Assembly (NCBI GenBank): GCA_025594325.1
Contig: JANHCV010000003.1
Span: forward strand, 186,001-250,000
Length of the DNA stretch: 64,000 bases
Reading direction: 5' to 3'
Origin: Blastocladiella emersonii ATCC 22665
Taxonomy: Eukaryota > Fungi > Blastocladiomycota
Positions 12,356-24,369 of this stretch are shown here, in pieces. Position 1 is the stretch's first letter, and each line of letters opens with the position of its first letter. The notes below the pieces were generated by a model, which worked only from the letters and a program-made list of their open reading frames with translations, did no database searches and was not told the origin of the DNA. Position numbers and translations under genes: made by a program.

Positions 12356-13732
12356 ATGTTCTCACGCCTGACCGAGCGCGCCTCGGGCTGGATAGCCACG
12401 CGCTCGCCCGCCGTCGCCGATGCACCAACAATACCATCCTCCATCCTGCCCGCCAAACCGTCCACGGCGCCGGCCGCCCTCATCTCGCTCACCGACGACG
12501 CCTCCGAGTCGGTCATCCCGTCGGTCCGCGCCGCCGCGTTCGCGGAAACCAAACCGCTCCCGCTGCGCCCATTGCTCGCCGGCGAGTTCGAGGAGCTCGG
12601 CCCGTCCACCACTACCGATGACCTGTTCTTCGCCTCCCGGCACTCGACCGCTCCACCAGCAACCGAGGGCGGCGACGACGAGGAGGTCGGGTGGGACACG
12701 CCCGCGCCCGTGCGCGACCCGCCCCCGGCCATGTCGCGCGGGTGGATGGCCTCGCGGTCGCACTCGCTGCTGCGGTCCGTGAGCATGACGTTCGCCGCGG
12801 GCATGCCCGCCGAAAAGTCGCCCATGCTCGCGTCGCCATTGGAGGACGCGCCGCCGTCCGTGACGCTGCTCCCCATCGCGGCCTCGGCCGAACCTGCCGC
12901 CGCGGCACGCTCGCGCAGCTCTTCCTCCGCGAGCGCCGATGACTCGGACCTGCGCCTGCCGTGGCTCGGCCTCGGCCTGTGCCGCGACGCCCGCCGCGCG
13001 CTAAGGCACCGGATCCTGGGCCTTTCGGCGGACCTGCTCTCCTTCACGGAGCCCCTCGAGGGCGCTACGTTCCGCTACGACCCCATCGTGTACGCGCCGC
13101 TGGCCGGCCTGCTGCTCGCCGAGGACGCGCGGCTGCGGACCATGCACGAGATCCTGGTCCCGCACACGGTCGCCGAGCCGGACTTCTGGACCGCGTACCT
13201 CGCGCGCGTCCACTGCGCCGTGTCGGCCGCCAAAGTCGCCGCGGGGTTGCCCGGTGCCCAGCTTCCGCTCATCCGGTCGGCCTCGGGGCCGATGCTCAAG
13301 ATCTCGCCGTCCGTCGCGAACATGCGCAGCGTGTTCTGCAGCCCGGTCCTCGGCGGGTCGGTGGCGGATGGGGACGGCGTCGCGGTCGCGCCGGATTTGC
13401 TGGAAGAGGATCCGGCGGGCGAGGGACGCGAGCTGTACGCCATGGACGTCGCGGTCCTCGCCAGCGTCACGCCGCTGCCCGAACCACCGGCCGCGCCTGC
13501 ACCTGCCACCACCGCGCGCGGTCCCGTGGACGAAGACGCAGACGCGGTGCGGCTCGAGACGCTGGACGATGTCGACGCCTTCTACACGTCCATCGAGGCC
13601 GCCGTCGACGCGGCGAACCGCACGCTCGGCCCGGCGCCCGCCTTTGACGAGGACTCGCCGCTGCCGTCGGCGCGCATCCTGCAGGGCGCGGGCGCCGTGC
13701 TGACGCTGGACCCCGAGGATCTCGAGATTTGA
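12356..13732 (+). CDS. BSD-domain protein (SYAP1-like)
   Basis: Single ORF from ATG 12356. FRYDPIVYAPLAGLLLAEDARLRTMHEILVPHTVAEPDFWTAYLARV matches the BSD pattern (LVP..V.E..FW..Y). Confidence 0.75.
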   Translation: MFSRLTERASGWIATRSPAVADAPTIPSSILPAKPSTAPAALISLTDDASESVIPSVRAAAFAETKPLPLRPLLAGEFEELGPSTTTDDLFFASRHSTAPPATEGGDDEEVGWDTPAPVRDPPPAMSRGWMASRSHSLLRSVSMTFAAGMPAEKSPMLASPLEDAPPSVTLLPIAASAEPAAAARSRSSSSASADDSDLRLPWLGLGLCRDARRALRHRILGLSADLLSFTEPLEGATFRYDPIVYAPLAGLLLAEDARLRTMHEILVPHTVAEPDFWTAYLARVHCAVSAAKVAAGLPGAQLPLIRSASGPMLKISPSVANMRSVFCSPVLGGSVADGDGVAVAPDLLEEDPAGEGRELYAMDVAVLASVTPLPEPPAAPAPATTARGPVDEDADAVRLETLDDVDAFYTSIEAAVDAANRTLGPAPAFDEDSPLPSARILQGAGAVLTLDPEDLEI

Positions 13733-13787
13733 CCGCAATCAGTGTAATAAAAAATATACATGTCTGGAACTATATACAAACCCATCC

Positions 13788-15350
13788 TCACGACTCGACA
13801 GCGGCGGGCTCGCGCCCGTGCACCATATCCTCGACACTCGCTTTACACAGCGGGCACAGTTTCGACAAGCTGAGCCAGTCGGCCGAGCACCCCGCGTGGT
13901 AGTGGTGCCCGCACGCGAACAGGTGCAGCAGCGCGCCGTCCTCGTAGTCCTCGAAGCAGATGACGCACGACGCGTCCTCGTTCGCCACGCTGAACGACCG
14001 GTACGGCGATGCGTCCTCGTATGTCGACGCGGGCGAGGTGGTCGAGGTGGACGTGGGTTCGGGCGTGGTGCGCGATGAGGAGAGGGGGTGTAGCGGGACC
14101 GAGTCCGAGTTGGCCGGGCTCGCGGTCGCCGAGGGGGGCAGGTCGCGGCGCGCTGGACTTGGACTTGGCTTGTCGCCGACATGGTCGAGAAAGTCGGCCG
14201 ACGCGACGGCCGTCGCGAGATCCTCCTCGCTCTCCCCACCGACCCCCGCCGCATCCGCCGACCCCACCCCCGCGGCGGCGGGGCGAAACACAACCGTCTC
14301 GATAAGCGCGAGGTCCTGCGGGTTGAGTCCGCGGGGCGGCTGCGGCGCCCACGGCGTGAGTCCCGCGGCGGACAGGTCGGCGTGGTCGAGCGACGACATG
14401 CGGTGGGCCGAGGTGCGCATCGACTGCGGCACGAAGCGGTGCAGGTACGGGTGGTTGGACAGGAACAGGAGGACGGGGAGGAACAGGATCAGGAGGAAGC
14501 ACAGGATCAACGGGAGCAGGTATGCGATGTACGTGATCATGATCCAGCACACGGTGGCCGAGACGAGGATCGGGGATTCGGTGCATCGCGGCGCGGAGTA
14601 GTCTGGAGCACACGGAGAGGGGTTAGCAGAGGATGGCGAGCAGGAAAGAGGAGAGCGTACCCATGAACACCCAGAAATTGCTGAGAATGAACAGCACGGC
14701 GGTCGCCCACCGCAACAACTCCTGGCCCTGGAGCGCGTACTTGAGCTCGGGCGGCAACGGGCTGTGCCGGACGTCGGGCAGCTGGCGCACGGCAAACGCC
14801 GCGGGCGCAAGGAACGCGAGCGCGAGCGACCGCAGCCCAATCGCGAAGTTGACGGCGGCGAGCTGCGGGCACGCGGCAAGCCCCGACTGGCCCGTCACGG
14901 GCGACGGGGATGCCGACATGGCGAGCGCGACCGTGGGCAGCGCGACCTGGCCGAGGTAGAAGGCGACCAGCGCAATCAGGAACGCGCGCGAGTGGCCCGA
15001 CGCGCGCGACCACCCGCTTAGCAGGATGGTCGACATGTTGCGGCGCGCGGTGCGGGCGCGGTCGTTGCGCACTACGGTCGGCAAGGGCGGTGAGAAACTG
15101 CGGGCGTGCGCAGTGCGTGCAGGGAAACATGCGTACGCAGAACCGACGGCGTCGATGCCACGCCGCGCGTCACGGAGCGCGTCGAGCGGGTCGACCGCAT
15201 GGTATTGGACCGCGTGAGCTGTGGCGGGGCGCCGGGCGCCGCCGCCGTGGTGGCGGATGGGGATGGGTCCATGGCGGCGGCCGCAGAAGGTGTTGAGGAA
15301 GCGGCGAGCAGCTGGGTCCGCGCGTGTGAAGAGGGGGCCGCCGTGTCCAT
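13788..15350 (-). CDS. Transmembrane RING-H2 E3 ubiquitin ligase (3 exons)
   Basis: C-terminal CVICFEDYEDGALLHLFACGHHYHAGCSADWLSLSKLCPLC (C3H2C3), preceded by several hydrophobic TM segments. Confidence 0.88.
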
Positions 15351-15621
15351 GGTTGCAGCAGCGGGCTCACAGCTCAGGGTCGATGCATGGGTTAATGAAG
15401 CGTTGTTGACGTGCAGGGAGAGGGAGGGAGGGACGATGACGCGCGGAGTCAGCACGCTGCTGAGCCTCGCTCATCGGCCGCCTGTGGCCCGGTGGAACCC
15501 AGTGTCAGGTGATCGGAAAACGCGTCGCTCTCCGAAGGTTTAGCCAAGCGGGCCGGCGGGATCGGCGTTCTCTCCCTCTTTCGCTCTCACGCGGAGAGAA
15601 TCAACTCAAGCACAACCGACC

Positions 15622-18107
15622 ATGCCACGCTCCGGAGACGCGGAGCCGCTGCTCCCGACCTCGCTCCCGCCGCCCGCCGCGCTGCCCATGGACGCCAAGT
15701 CCGAGAAGGCCGCGCTCGCCGCCGCGGACGCCGCCTCCAAGAAGGCCGCCCCGCTCCCGACCCGCAGCACGGCGCGCAAGATTCGCGCGCGCCGCGTCCT
15801 GGCCGGCGTCGTTGCCGCGTTCGCCCTGCTCGCGCTGTTCGGGCGCGCGTGGTTCCACTGCGGCCGCCACGGCAAGAAGCACCACCGCGGCGGCGGTCGT
15901 CACCACGGCCACCACGGTGACGGCGAGGGCGGCGACCCGGCAGTCGCCGACTTTCTCGCGCGCCTCGACGCCAAGCTCACGGCCCTCACCACAAAGTCGA
16001 GCGAGGCCAGCTGGAACTACGAGACCAACCTGACCGAGTTCAACCTCGCGTACGTTCGCTTTCCTTCCCACGAAAGCCTCATCTCACAGTCTGATCCCAC
16101 TGTGTGTAGCAAGTCGACCAAGGCCGGCCTCGAGCTCAACGCCGCCATGCTCGCCCTGTACCAAGAGTCCAAGGACCTCGACGCCTCGCGCGCCTCGCCC
16201 ACCCAGCGCCGCCAGCTCGACCGCCTCAACGCCGGCTTCTCCACCGTCCTCGCCGACCCCGCCGAGCAGGCCGAGCTCGCTAACCTGATCGGCAAGATGC
16301 AGGGCATCTACGGCTCGGGTACGCTCCATTCACTGCGCGCGCACCCCCCGAACACGACGGTCTCACACTCTCCCGCGTAGCCACGTACAACGGCCACCCG
16401 CTCGAGCCCGACCTCACCGAGATCCTGGCCTCGTCGCGCGACTACGACGAGCTCGCCGACGCCTACATGGGCTGGCGCAAGGTGACGGGCCCGGGCATGC
16501 GCGACGCCTTCACCCGCTACATCGAGCTGTCCAACAAGGCCGCGCAGCAGGGCGGGTACCGCGACATGGCCGACCAGTGGCTCGGCGGCTACGAGATGCC
16601 CGCCCCCGAAATGCAGGACCTCGTCGAGGACCTGTGGGACCAGGTGCTCCCGCTGTACCAGGAGGTGCACTGCCACGTGCGCACCAAGCTCAAGACCGTG
16701 TACGGCGACCAGCATTTCGGCGACGACAACCTGATCCCGGCCCACCTCCTCGGCAACATGTGGGGTCAGCAGTGGGGCAACATCGCCGACCTCGTGCTCC
16801 CCCACCCCGCCGTCCCCGACGCCGACCTGACCGCCGCCCTCAAGCGCCAGAACTACACGGTCCGCCGCATGCACCAGCTCAGCGACGATTTCTACGCGTC
16901 GCTCGGCCTCGAGAAGCTGCCGGCGACCTTCTGGGACCGCAGCATGCTGACCAAGCCGACCGACTGCGACGCCGTGTGCCACGCCAGCGCCTGGGACATT
17001 GACACGGACCGCGACGTGCGCATCAAGATGTGCACCGACATCACGGCCGAGGACCTGCAGACGGTCCACCACGAGCAGGGGCACCTTCAGTACGACCTCG
17101 CCTACCGCAAGCAGCCGTACCTGTTCCGCGAGGGCGCCGCCGACTTTTTCCACGAGGCCATTGGCGACACGATCGCGCTGTCGGTCATGGTCCCCAAGCA
17201 CCTGGCCGAGATCGGGCTCGTCGACGAGACGGACCCGTCGCCCGAGCGCGCGCTCAACGCGCTCATGCGCATGGCCCTCGAGAAGCTCGCGTTCCTGCCC
17301 TTCGGCTACCTCGTCGACCGCTGGCGCTGGCTCGTGGCCCGCGGCGACATCCAGCCCGCCGAATACACGCGCACGTGGTGGGACCTCGTCCAGAGCATCC
17401 AGGGCATGAAGCCCCCCGTGCCCCGCGACACGGCCGACGCCGACGGCGCGTTCGACGCCGGCGCCAAGTTCCACGTCGCTGGCGGCGTGCCGTACCTGCG
17501 CTACTTCCTCAGTCACATCGTCGAGTTCCAGTTCCACCGCGGCCTGTGCCGCGCCGCCGGCCACACCGGCCCGCTCCACGAGTGCTCGATTTCGGGGTCG
17601 GCCGAGGCCGGCGCACAGTTCCGCGCCATGCTCGAGCTCGGCGCGTCCAAGCCGTGGCCCGAGGCCCTCGCGGCCGCGACGGGTGGCGAGGAGTTCGAGC
17701 TCGACGCGTCCGCGATCCTCCAGTACTTTCAGCCCCTCATCGACTGGCTCCGCGAGCAGAACGACGGCAAGAAGTGCGCGTGGGCGCCCGGGAACGAGGG
17801 GCTCGCGCGGTCGCCCAAGAAGGCGCGCGAGGCTGCTGTCGCGTGCGGCGAGCATGGGCGTCGTCTTCACCACGGCAAGCCGCACCACGACGTGCCTCGT
17901 CGTCACCGTGACGGCCCGCACCACGGCGAGCGCCCGCACCGCGACGGTCCGCACCACGGCGAGTCTCGCCACGGCGACAAGCCCGAGCACGGCCGCCACC
18001 GCCCGCACCACGGCGAGCCCCACCACCACGGCCGCCCCGACGGCGAGCACTCGGGCCGCCGCCACCACAACGGCCCGTGGGGCCGCCGCCCTCGTCGCGA
18101 CGAGTAG
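15622..18107 (+). CDS. ACE: Peptidyl-dipeptidase A (ACE-like, peptidase M2), predicted type II membrane protein, 3 exons
   Basis: HHEQGH zinc motif followed by FHEAIGD; HLLGNMWGQQW; VCHASAWD; FDAGAKFHV; PYLRYF; LEPDLTEILASSRDYDEL. One N-terminal TM; His-rich flanks. Confidence 0.93.
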
Positions 18108-18851
18108 TTGAGCGGATTTTGTTCTGAGTTGTTCATGAACGATGAATTTTGATCGACGCGGTTTTGCTTCACTTGGATTCGTTCAATTCACAGGTGAGGA
18201 CTTGCCAAAACTCGACGCGTCGGAGATGAGACGCGCGCCCACGTGATGTCTCGCAGCCTGTCTCTCGCGTCTCGTCTCGACTCCGCGGACGCGCGTGCGC
18301 GCGTGCGGTCGCCACCGCCCCGCCGGCCGTACCCGCGCGCGTGCGCGAGTCCAGAGCGCTTGCCCGAGCGAGTGACTGGGTGCAACAAGGCCCGACCGCG
18401 CCGCTGAATGCATCAACTCGAACTCGCCGCAACGGACCGCCGCGATCCCGACCGCCCCGCCTGTCGTCTCCACCTGCAGCATCGCATCGCGACTCGCGCC
18501 AGCGGTAGTGATCGCTGCTCCCCGCGGGCTTGAGACGTCTCCCTCCCTCCCTCCTCCCGCGCCCGCCTACCCTTGTCGGCCGGGCCGAACAGCCGTCGCA
18601 CGCACGCACGCATTTTCAAAATCCGCACGCGGGCGAGAGACCGCTCAGCCGCGAGACACTTCGAATACGCATTACGCATTTCGTCCGCCCTCGCCCCCTC
18701 GTCGCGGCCGGCGAGCCCCCGCCAAGCGGCCCGCGCTTCCCCTCCCCCTCTCGCCGCTCCTCGAACGGATCGCACTCGTGGTCTCATTCCCTTGCGGTGA
18801 GGGCCACCAGTACCCAGGACCTGACCCCCGTATCATACCCCCACTACCAGC

Positions 18852-21079
18852 ATGCCGGTCCCCGACCGAACTAGCAAGGGCTACTTGAGTACGGTCTCGT
18901 CGTACGTGTTCGCTGTCGTCGTCGTGGTGCTGACCCGCGCGTACCGTCTAGTGCCGACGTCAAGTAGCCAGGCGCGCCAGTCGTACGCTGACCCTTCTGC
19001 ACCGCGGCCGTGCCCCCGTCACTGACGACCCCGCGCGGCACCTACTAGGCAGCCCTCGAAACCTCGCGGCGGCAGCAGCACTCGCTCGACCAGCACTGCT
19101 GCCGACTCGTGGAACGCGCCACCCGGCGCCTCGGCCGCCGCCCCGTTCCGAGAAGGCCGCATCGTCGTGATGAACGCGCCCGACGTCGCCCGCGTCCTGC
19201 GCACTGTGGGCCTACCGACGGTCATCCCGCCGTGGGTCCCCTGCACGCTCCCGCCCGACCTGCCCATCGACCTGTTCGCGCCGGCCCCGCCCACCCCGCG
19301 CGTCACCGGGTCCGTGCATCTCGGGCCGCCGCCTACGCCCGGACGCGGCGGCGGGAAGAGGCGGCCGGGGTCGACGTCGTCCCGCCGCTCGGCGGCGTCG
19401 CGTGCCGGGTCTGCCGCGGTGCCGTCGCTCGTGATGCCGCCCGTCGGCTCGGCCGCTGTATCCGCGGCGGGCGGCGACGAAAACCGCGCGTGGACGCCTG
19501 CGTCGTTCGTCACGGCGTCGCGGCCGGGCACCTCGGCCACGTCGCGGACGACCGGGAGCCGCGCGACGACGGCGTCGGGGTTCACGTCGCGCGCGTCGAC
19601 GGCGCGCTCGGTCGCGACCGCGACCCCCGGCGGCGGCGCGATGCAGAACGTCGACCTCGGCCTGCTCGCCGAGATCCTCGACACGTACCCGGGCGACGCG
19701 GCGGACCTGGTCCGCATGCAGCAGCAGGAGGTCCGTCCTTCCCTTCCCCTCACCGTCCGCCCTACTCACACTTTTGGTCAATGTAGCGCGCGCACCTACA
19801 CCAGAAATCTCGCGCGTGGGTCTCGACATGGCACGGCACTCTCGCGGGCCAACGCGCCGCGGCGCTCGCAGCCGCCGACCGCCGGCGCGCCGACGACGAA
19901 GCCGCGCGGTGTGCACAGGACGCCGCGCACGCGGCCGACGAGCAAGCCCGGCGCGACGCGGCCGTCGCGCGCGCCCGCGCCCTGCAGCTCGCGTCGACCG
20001 AGCCCGCGCGCGCGCTCGCGGCAGACCTCCAGGCGGCCGCCGTCGCCGCTGAGCGCATGCGGCAGCGCGAGGTTAAGAAAGCCGACGCCGCAGCGGCCGC
20101 CGCGGCCGACCGGCACTCGGGCGCCACGCCGATCCCGATCCTCCCGCCGCCCTCCCCCGCGCCCGGACCCGCGGGGCCCGACGCGGCCGAGATCTACGCC
20201 GAGCTCGCGCGCGCGCAGGAATCCGCCCGCTCCCGTGCGCGGGCGATGGCGGCCGAGGACCGCGCAGCCGCGGACCGCGACGCGGCGGCGCACCGCGCCG
20301 AGCAGGACCAGTGGGCGGCAGCGCGTGCGGCGGCGACCGTCGAGCAGCGTGTGGCCCTCGAGCGCCAGGTGCGCGAGCGGCAGCTCGCGGCGCAGCGGGC
20401 CGCGGCCGAGGCGATGGCGGGCGCGCACGCGGCCGCCGCGTGGCGTGACGGCAAGCACGAGATCGCGCAGGAGGTGCGCGAGGTCGAGGCCGGGCGCCGC
20501 ACGTCGCGTACGAGTGTTGCCGAGATGCTCGGCGCCGAGAGCGAGGCGCGCGCGCTCGAGGCTCGCGCGTCGGCCGAGGCCCGGCTCGCAGAGGCGCTCG
20601 CGCAGCATGCGGCGGTGGAAGCGGCAAGGGATCTCGAGGTTGCCAAGCGCCGCGCGGCGCAGGCTAGGGATCTCAAGATCTTTTTCACGCAGCATGTACG
20701 TCCTCCCGCCGCACCTGCCCCGAAGCCCCGGTGCTGACTCGTCCGTCCCGTGTAGTGCGAGCGCCAGCGAAAGCTGCAGGAGCAGCACGAGGCCGACGAG
20801 CGAGTCCAGCGCGAGCGTCTCCTCGCCGACGCGACGGCGGACCGGGCCGAGCGCGAGCACGCGGCGGACGCGCGGCGAAAGGCGGCGCGCGATCTCGCGG
20901 CCGTGCACCGCAAGCAGGTCCAGGAGAAGCGCGAGCGCGAGGCGGCGCGGATGCGCGAGGACCGCGCGGCCGCGCGCATCTCGATCCCGAACCCCGTCGA
21001 GGGGTACCGCGACGAGGACCTCATCGCGTTCCTCGTTGACCGGCAGCTGAAGCAGGAGACGATGAAGAAGGGAAGTTGA
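18852..21079 (+). CDS. Coiled-coil TPH-domain ciliary protein, CFAP210/CCDC173-like (about 5 exons)
   Basis: Spliced segment HQKSRAWVSTWHGTLAGQR...ARARALQLASTEPARALAADLQAAAVAAERMRQREVKK resembles the CFAP210 family; long Ala/Glu/Arg coiled coil; GT-AG introns phase-consistent from ATG 18852. Confidence 0.62.
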
Positions 21080-21280
21080 GCGAAGGAGGAGAGGGACTAT
21101 ATCAGCGCAATAATACGATATCCAATGCACTTGATCGGGTGCCGAACGCGTCGCGTTTTGAGGGGGCGAGACATCACGTGTGGTTTGCGAGACACGGCGA
21201 TCACAACTTGCGCTCGCTCGCGTCGATCCCTTCTCTCGCAACCTGTCACGGAGCAACAGGCACCAATCACACATACTGCA

Positions 21281-21893
21281 ATGGATTCTACCCCGACCTC
21301 GACGCCCGTCGCGCCGCCCGCGCCGCTGTCGGACAAGGACCGCATAATCCAGAACACCCTGCGGTCTTGGCGCACCGCGGTCCCCGAGGAGATGAGCTCG
21401 TGGTACTTTCCCGCGGCCCTGACGACGGCTCTGTGTACGCCCTCTTCGGCTGTCAGTGTTCGACCGTGATCGCTGATGGCGGGCTCCCGACCGACCGACA
21501 GGTCTCGTGTCGCTGCCCAAGTCGGGCGTTAAGTACCCGGGCCTGCCGCCGTACCTGCAGCTCGCCGGTTTCACGACCATGTTTGCCGTGTCGACGCACG
21601 CCGTCAAGTCGGGCGATACCGTCAACGGGCCGTCCATGGCGACCGGTACGTTTTCGTGACCCCTCTCCGCTTCAAACCCGCAAAACTCACGCTCGAACAC
21701 CCCCGTAGCGTGGTCGCTGACGTACCTCGTGGCCAACTCGTGGAAGGCGGTGCGCAGCCGCAACCTGATCCCGCTGTCGATCGTGGCGTCGGCCATGATG
21801 CAGGTCGGCGTGTACGGTGTGACGGCCGCCGAGGAGTTTTACTACGGCGACAAGGACCTGGCGGTGCGCGGCAGCGCCGTCAAGGACGAGTAA
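21281..21893 (+). CDS. AIM19: AIM19-like small mitochondrial membrane protein (3 exons)
   Basis: Spliced product contains FTTMFAVSTHAVKSGDTVNGPSMATAWSLTYLVANS, resembling the AIM19 GD..NG....AWS..YL motif. Confidence 0.62.
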
Positions 21894-21924
21894 CTGTACG
21901 ATAGATTCACGTGTATTAACCACC

Positions 21925-24369
21925 CTACTTGCCGGCCGGCGGCGCTGGCGGCGGGAACACGATGCTGAACAAGGACTTTTGCGGTGCACCGTCGCCACCC
22001 TGTGCCGCGACGGCTGCCGCACTCGCCTGCTGCTGCTGCGCGGCCTTGGCGCGGAGCCCCTCGACAATCTCCTTGAGCGCGGGCTTGTCGAGGTCGTCGC
22101 GCTTGGCGAGCAGGTCCTCGACAAATGCCAGCGGCACGTCCGGGTACGCCTTGGCGAGGTTGTAGTAGTCGACAAAGACCATGCGGCGGTTGGCGCAGAT
22201 GACGGTGAAGACCTTGTCGATGACGTCAAAGAACTTTTCGACGCGGCGTGGGGTCTTGAACCGCGAGAAGCACTCGATGGCTTTCGCGTAGTCGCCCGCC
22301 ATGAGCGTCTCGAACTGCTGGGTCTGCGACACGCGGAACCGCGCGTTCTTGGACCGCATCGCGTCGATCCACGCCACGGCGAACCGCTCCATGACGTCGG
22401 CCATCAGCTTGTCGAACAGGTACACCTGCAGGTGCTCGGCGTAGTCGACGCAGTAGTCGGACAGCGTCGCGACCACGTCCGACATGAGCTCGCCCTCGTA
22501 CCACGCGGGCACCGTGAACAGCAGCGCGAGCGCGCTGCGCACGTCGTTGAACGCCGAGTCGAGCAGCACCGTGCACGCGGCTTTCGCGACCCGCATGAAC
22601 CCGTCCATGGCGCCGTTGAGCTCGCGCGAGATGGCCGCGCGGTACGTGAAGTCGGCCTCGGCGTCCATGCGCGTGATGATCAGCTCGACAAACTCGGTGC
22701 ACTTGAGCGAGTCGTTGGCCAGCGCCATGGTGTACTCGATGAGCCCCGGCGGGTGCTTTTCCGGGTCGGCAGCGACCTTCGCGGCCTCCTTGGTGACGAG
22801 GTCGAGGAAGTGGGTCTGGTACCCCGTCAGCGTGCGCGTGCACTCCTTGATCACGTCGACGAGCAGCTGGCCGCGCGACGAGTCGAGGACAATGTCGATC
22901 TGCTGGTTGACCATGTTGAAAAGGATCACGGCGGCCGACAGGCCGTACTTGCCCTCGCTGTCCATTTCGGGCGGCTGCGCGCGCTGCGTGAAGTCGCGGG
23001 TCTCGGACGCGAGCAGGTTGCGCAGCCACTCGTCGAGCTTCTGGCGGATGAGCTTGAGGTAGTCGTCGATGAGCACGCGCTCCTGGCCGTCGAGCAGGCG
23101 CGGCTCGAGCAGCTCCTCGGCGACGCCGAGCTTGCTGTCCATGTCGCGGTAGTACTCGTCGCACCACCGCAGCAGGTACAGGATGGTCGCCGTCTCCATC
23201 TTCTCGAGCACGATCTTGTTGACGAGGTCGTAGATGTGGCGGTGGTACTCGAGCACAAAGAACGGGAACAGCTTGTACTTTTTCGGGAACAGGTCGACCA
23301 GCGAGTCGTACACGAAGGTCAGGTCCTCGAGCACCATGCCGCGCGCCTCCTGCAGCATGTCGGGCGCCTCGCGGTCCGGCGCGAACACGGCGGCGAACCG
23401 CGCGCTGATCGACTCGTGCAGCACGTCAAAGAACTGCGACCGGTAGCTCTTGATCTCGCGGTGCTGGCGCCGCCGCCCGCCGCCACCCGCCATACCCCCC
23501 AAAGACCCCTGCGACCCACTGCGCGACATGGACGCGGTGCTCCCGTCGGCACCCCCGACCGTCTCGCCGTTGGCCTCACGCTCGCGGGCGACCAGCTCGG
23601 CCTCGTCGGCGCGCTCCTCGAACTCGAGGATCTTGGCGAGGCGCACGACGACGGACGGCTGGTGCGCGCGGACGAGGTCGAGCGCGTGGCGGGCGAGGTC
23701 CCACAGGTACGCGTTGAAGCGGTCCGAGAGGTCGTCGAGCCGCCGGAAGTAGGCGCGGACCGTATTCACGGTGTCGTCGCTGGCGTCCTTGACCTGGGCG
23801 AGGGTGGCGTCGCGGAAGGCCTCGAGCTGGAACAGCTCGTAGTGCATGAACAGCAGGTCGGGCGCGTGGCCCAGCAGGTCGCGGTGGTGCGCGTCGAGCG
23901 TGGCGCGCAGGCGGTCGACGCGCTCGCTCAGGGCCTCGAACTGCGCCAGCGTGCGCTGCGTCTCGAGGAAGTTGCGGTGCACGGTCGCGACGCGCTGCAC
24001 GCGCGCAAAGTTGGGGATCAGGTGCGCCGACTTGGTGCCGCCGGCGTGCACCTCGGCGAGCGTCCCGCGCACCGACTCGAGCGTCGCCTTGACGCGGGCC
24101 AGGTGGTCGAGCCCCGTCTGGCAGTCGTTGAGCTGCGACTGCGTGGCGGCCTTGAGCTGCGCGTCCACCGCGGCCTTGTCGGCGGCCGTCTTCTTGCGCA
24201 GCGCATCGAGCTTGGACTGCAGGTCGTCCGGGTACCGCAGCGCCACCGACAGCCGCTCGAGCGCGTGCGCCGCCGCCTCGTCGGCAGACAGCGACCGGTT
24301 GGTCGGGATCACGCCGCCGCCCGTGCCCGTCGTCGGCACCGGCTGCTTGCCGTTGCCGGAATATGCCAT
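21925..24369 (-). CDS. SEC6: Exocyst complex component Sec6/EXOC3
   Basis: Intronless ~814 aa ORF: LRYPDDL..KLDALRKK..ADKAAVDAQLK, VVRLAKILEFEERAD, ETATILYLLRW..EY, AVILFNMVNQQI. Confidence 0.92.
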   Translation of the reverse strand: MAYSGNGKQPVPTTGTGGGVIPTNRSLSADEAAAHALERLSVALRYPDDLQSKLDALRKKTAADKAAVDAQLKAATQSQLNDCQTGLDHLARVKATLESVRGTLAEVHAGGTKSAHLIPNFARVQRVATVHRNFLETQRTLAQFEALSERVDRLRATLDAHHRDLLGHAPDLLFMHYELFQLEAFRDATLAQVKDASDDTVNTVRAYFRRLDDLSDRFNAYLWDLARHALDLVRAHQPSVVVRLAKILEFEERADEAELVAREREANGETVGGADGSTASMSRSGSQGSLGGMAGGGGRRRQHREIKSYRSQFFDVLHESISARFAAVFAPDREAPDMLQEARGMVLEDLTFVYDSLVDLFPKKYKLFPFFVLEYHRHIYDLVNKIVLEKMETATILYLLRWCDEYYRDMDSKLGVAEELLEPRLLDGQERVLIDDYLKLIRQKLDEWLRNLLASETRDFTQRAQPPEMDSEGKYGLSAAVILFNMVNQQIDIVLDSSRGQLLVDVIKECTRTLTGYQTHFLDLVTKEAAKVAADPEKHPPGLIEYTMALANDSLKCTEFVELIITRMDAEADFTYRAAISRELNGAMDGFMRVAKAACTVLLDSAFNDVRSALALLFTVPAWYEGELMSDVVATLSDYCVDYAEHLQVYLFDKLMADVMERFAVAWIDAMRSKNARFRVSQTQQFETLMAGDYAKAIECFSRFKTPRRVEKFFDVIDKVFTVICANRRMVFVDYYNLAKAYPDVPLAFVEDLLAKRDDLDKPALKEIVEGLRAKAAQQQQASAAAVAAQGGDGAPQKSLFSIVFPPPAPPAGK

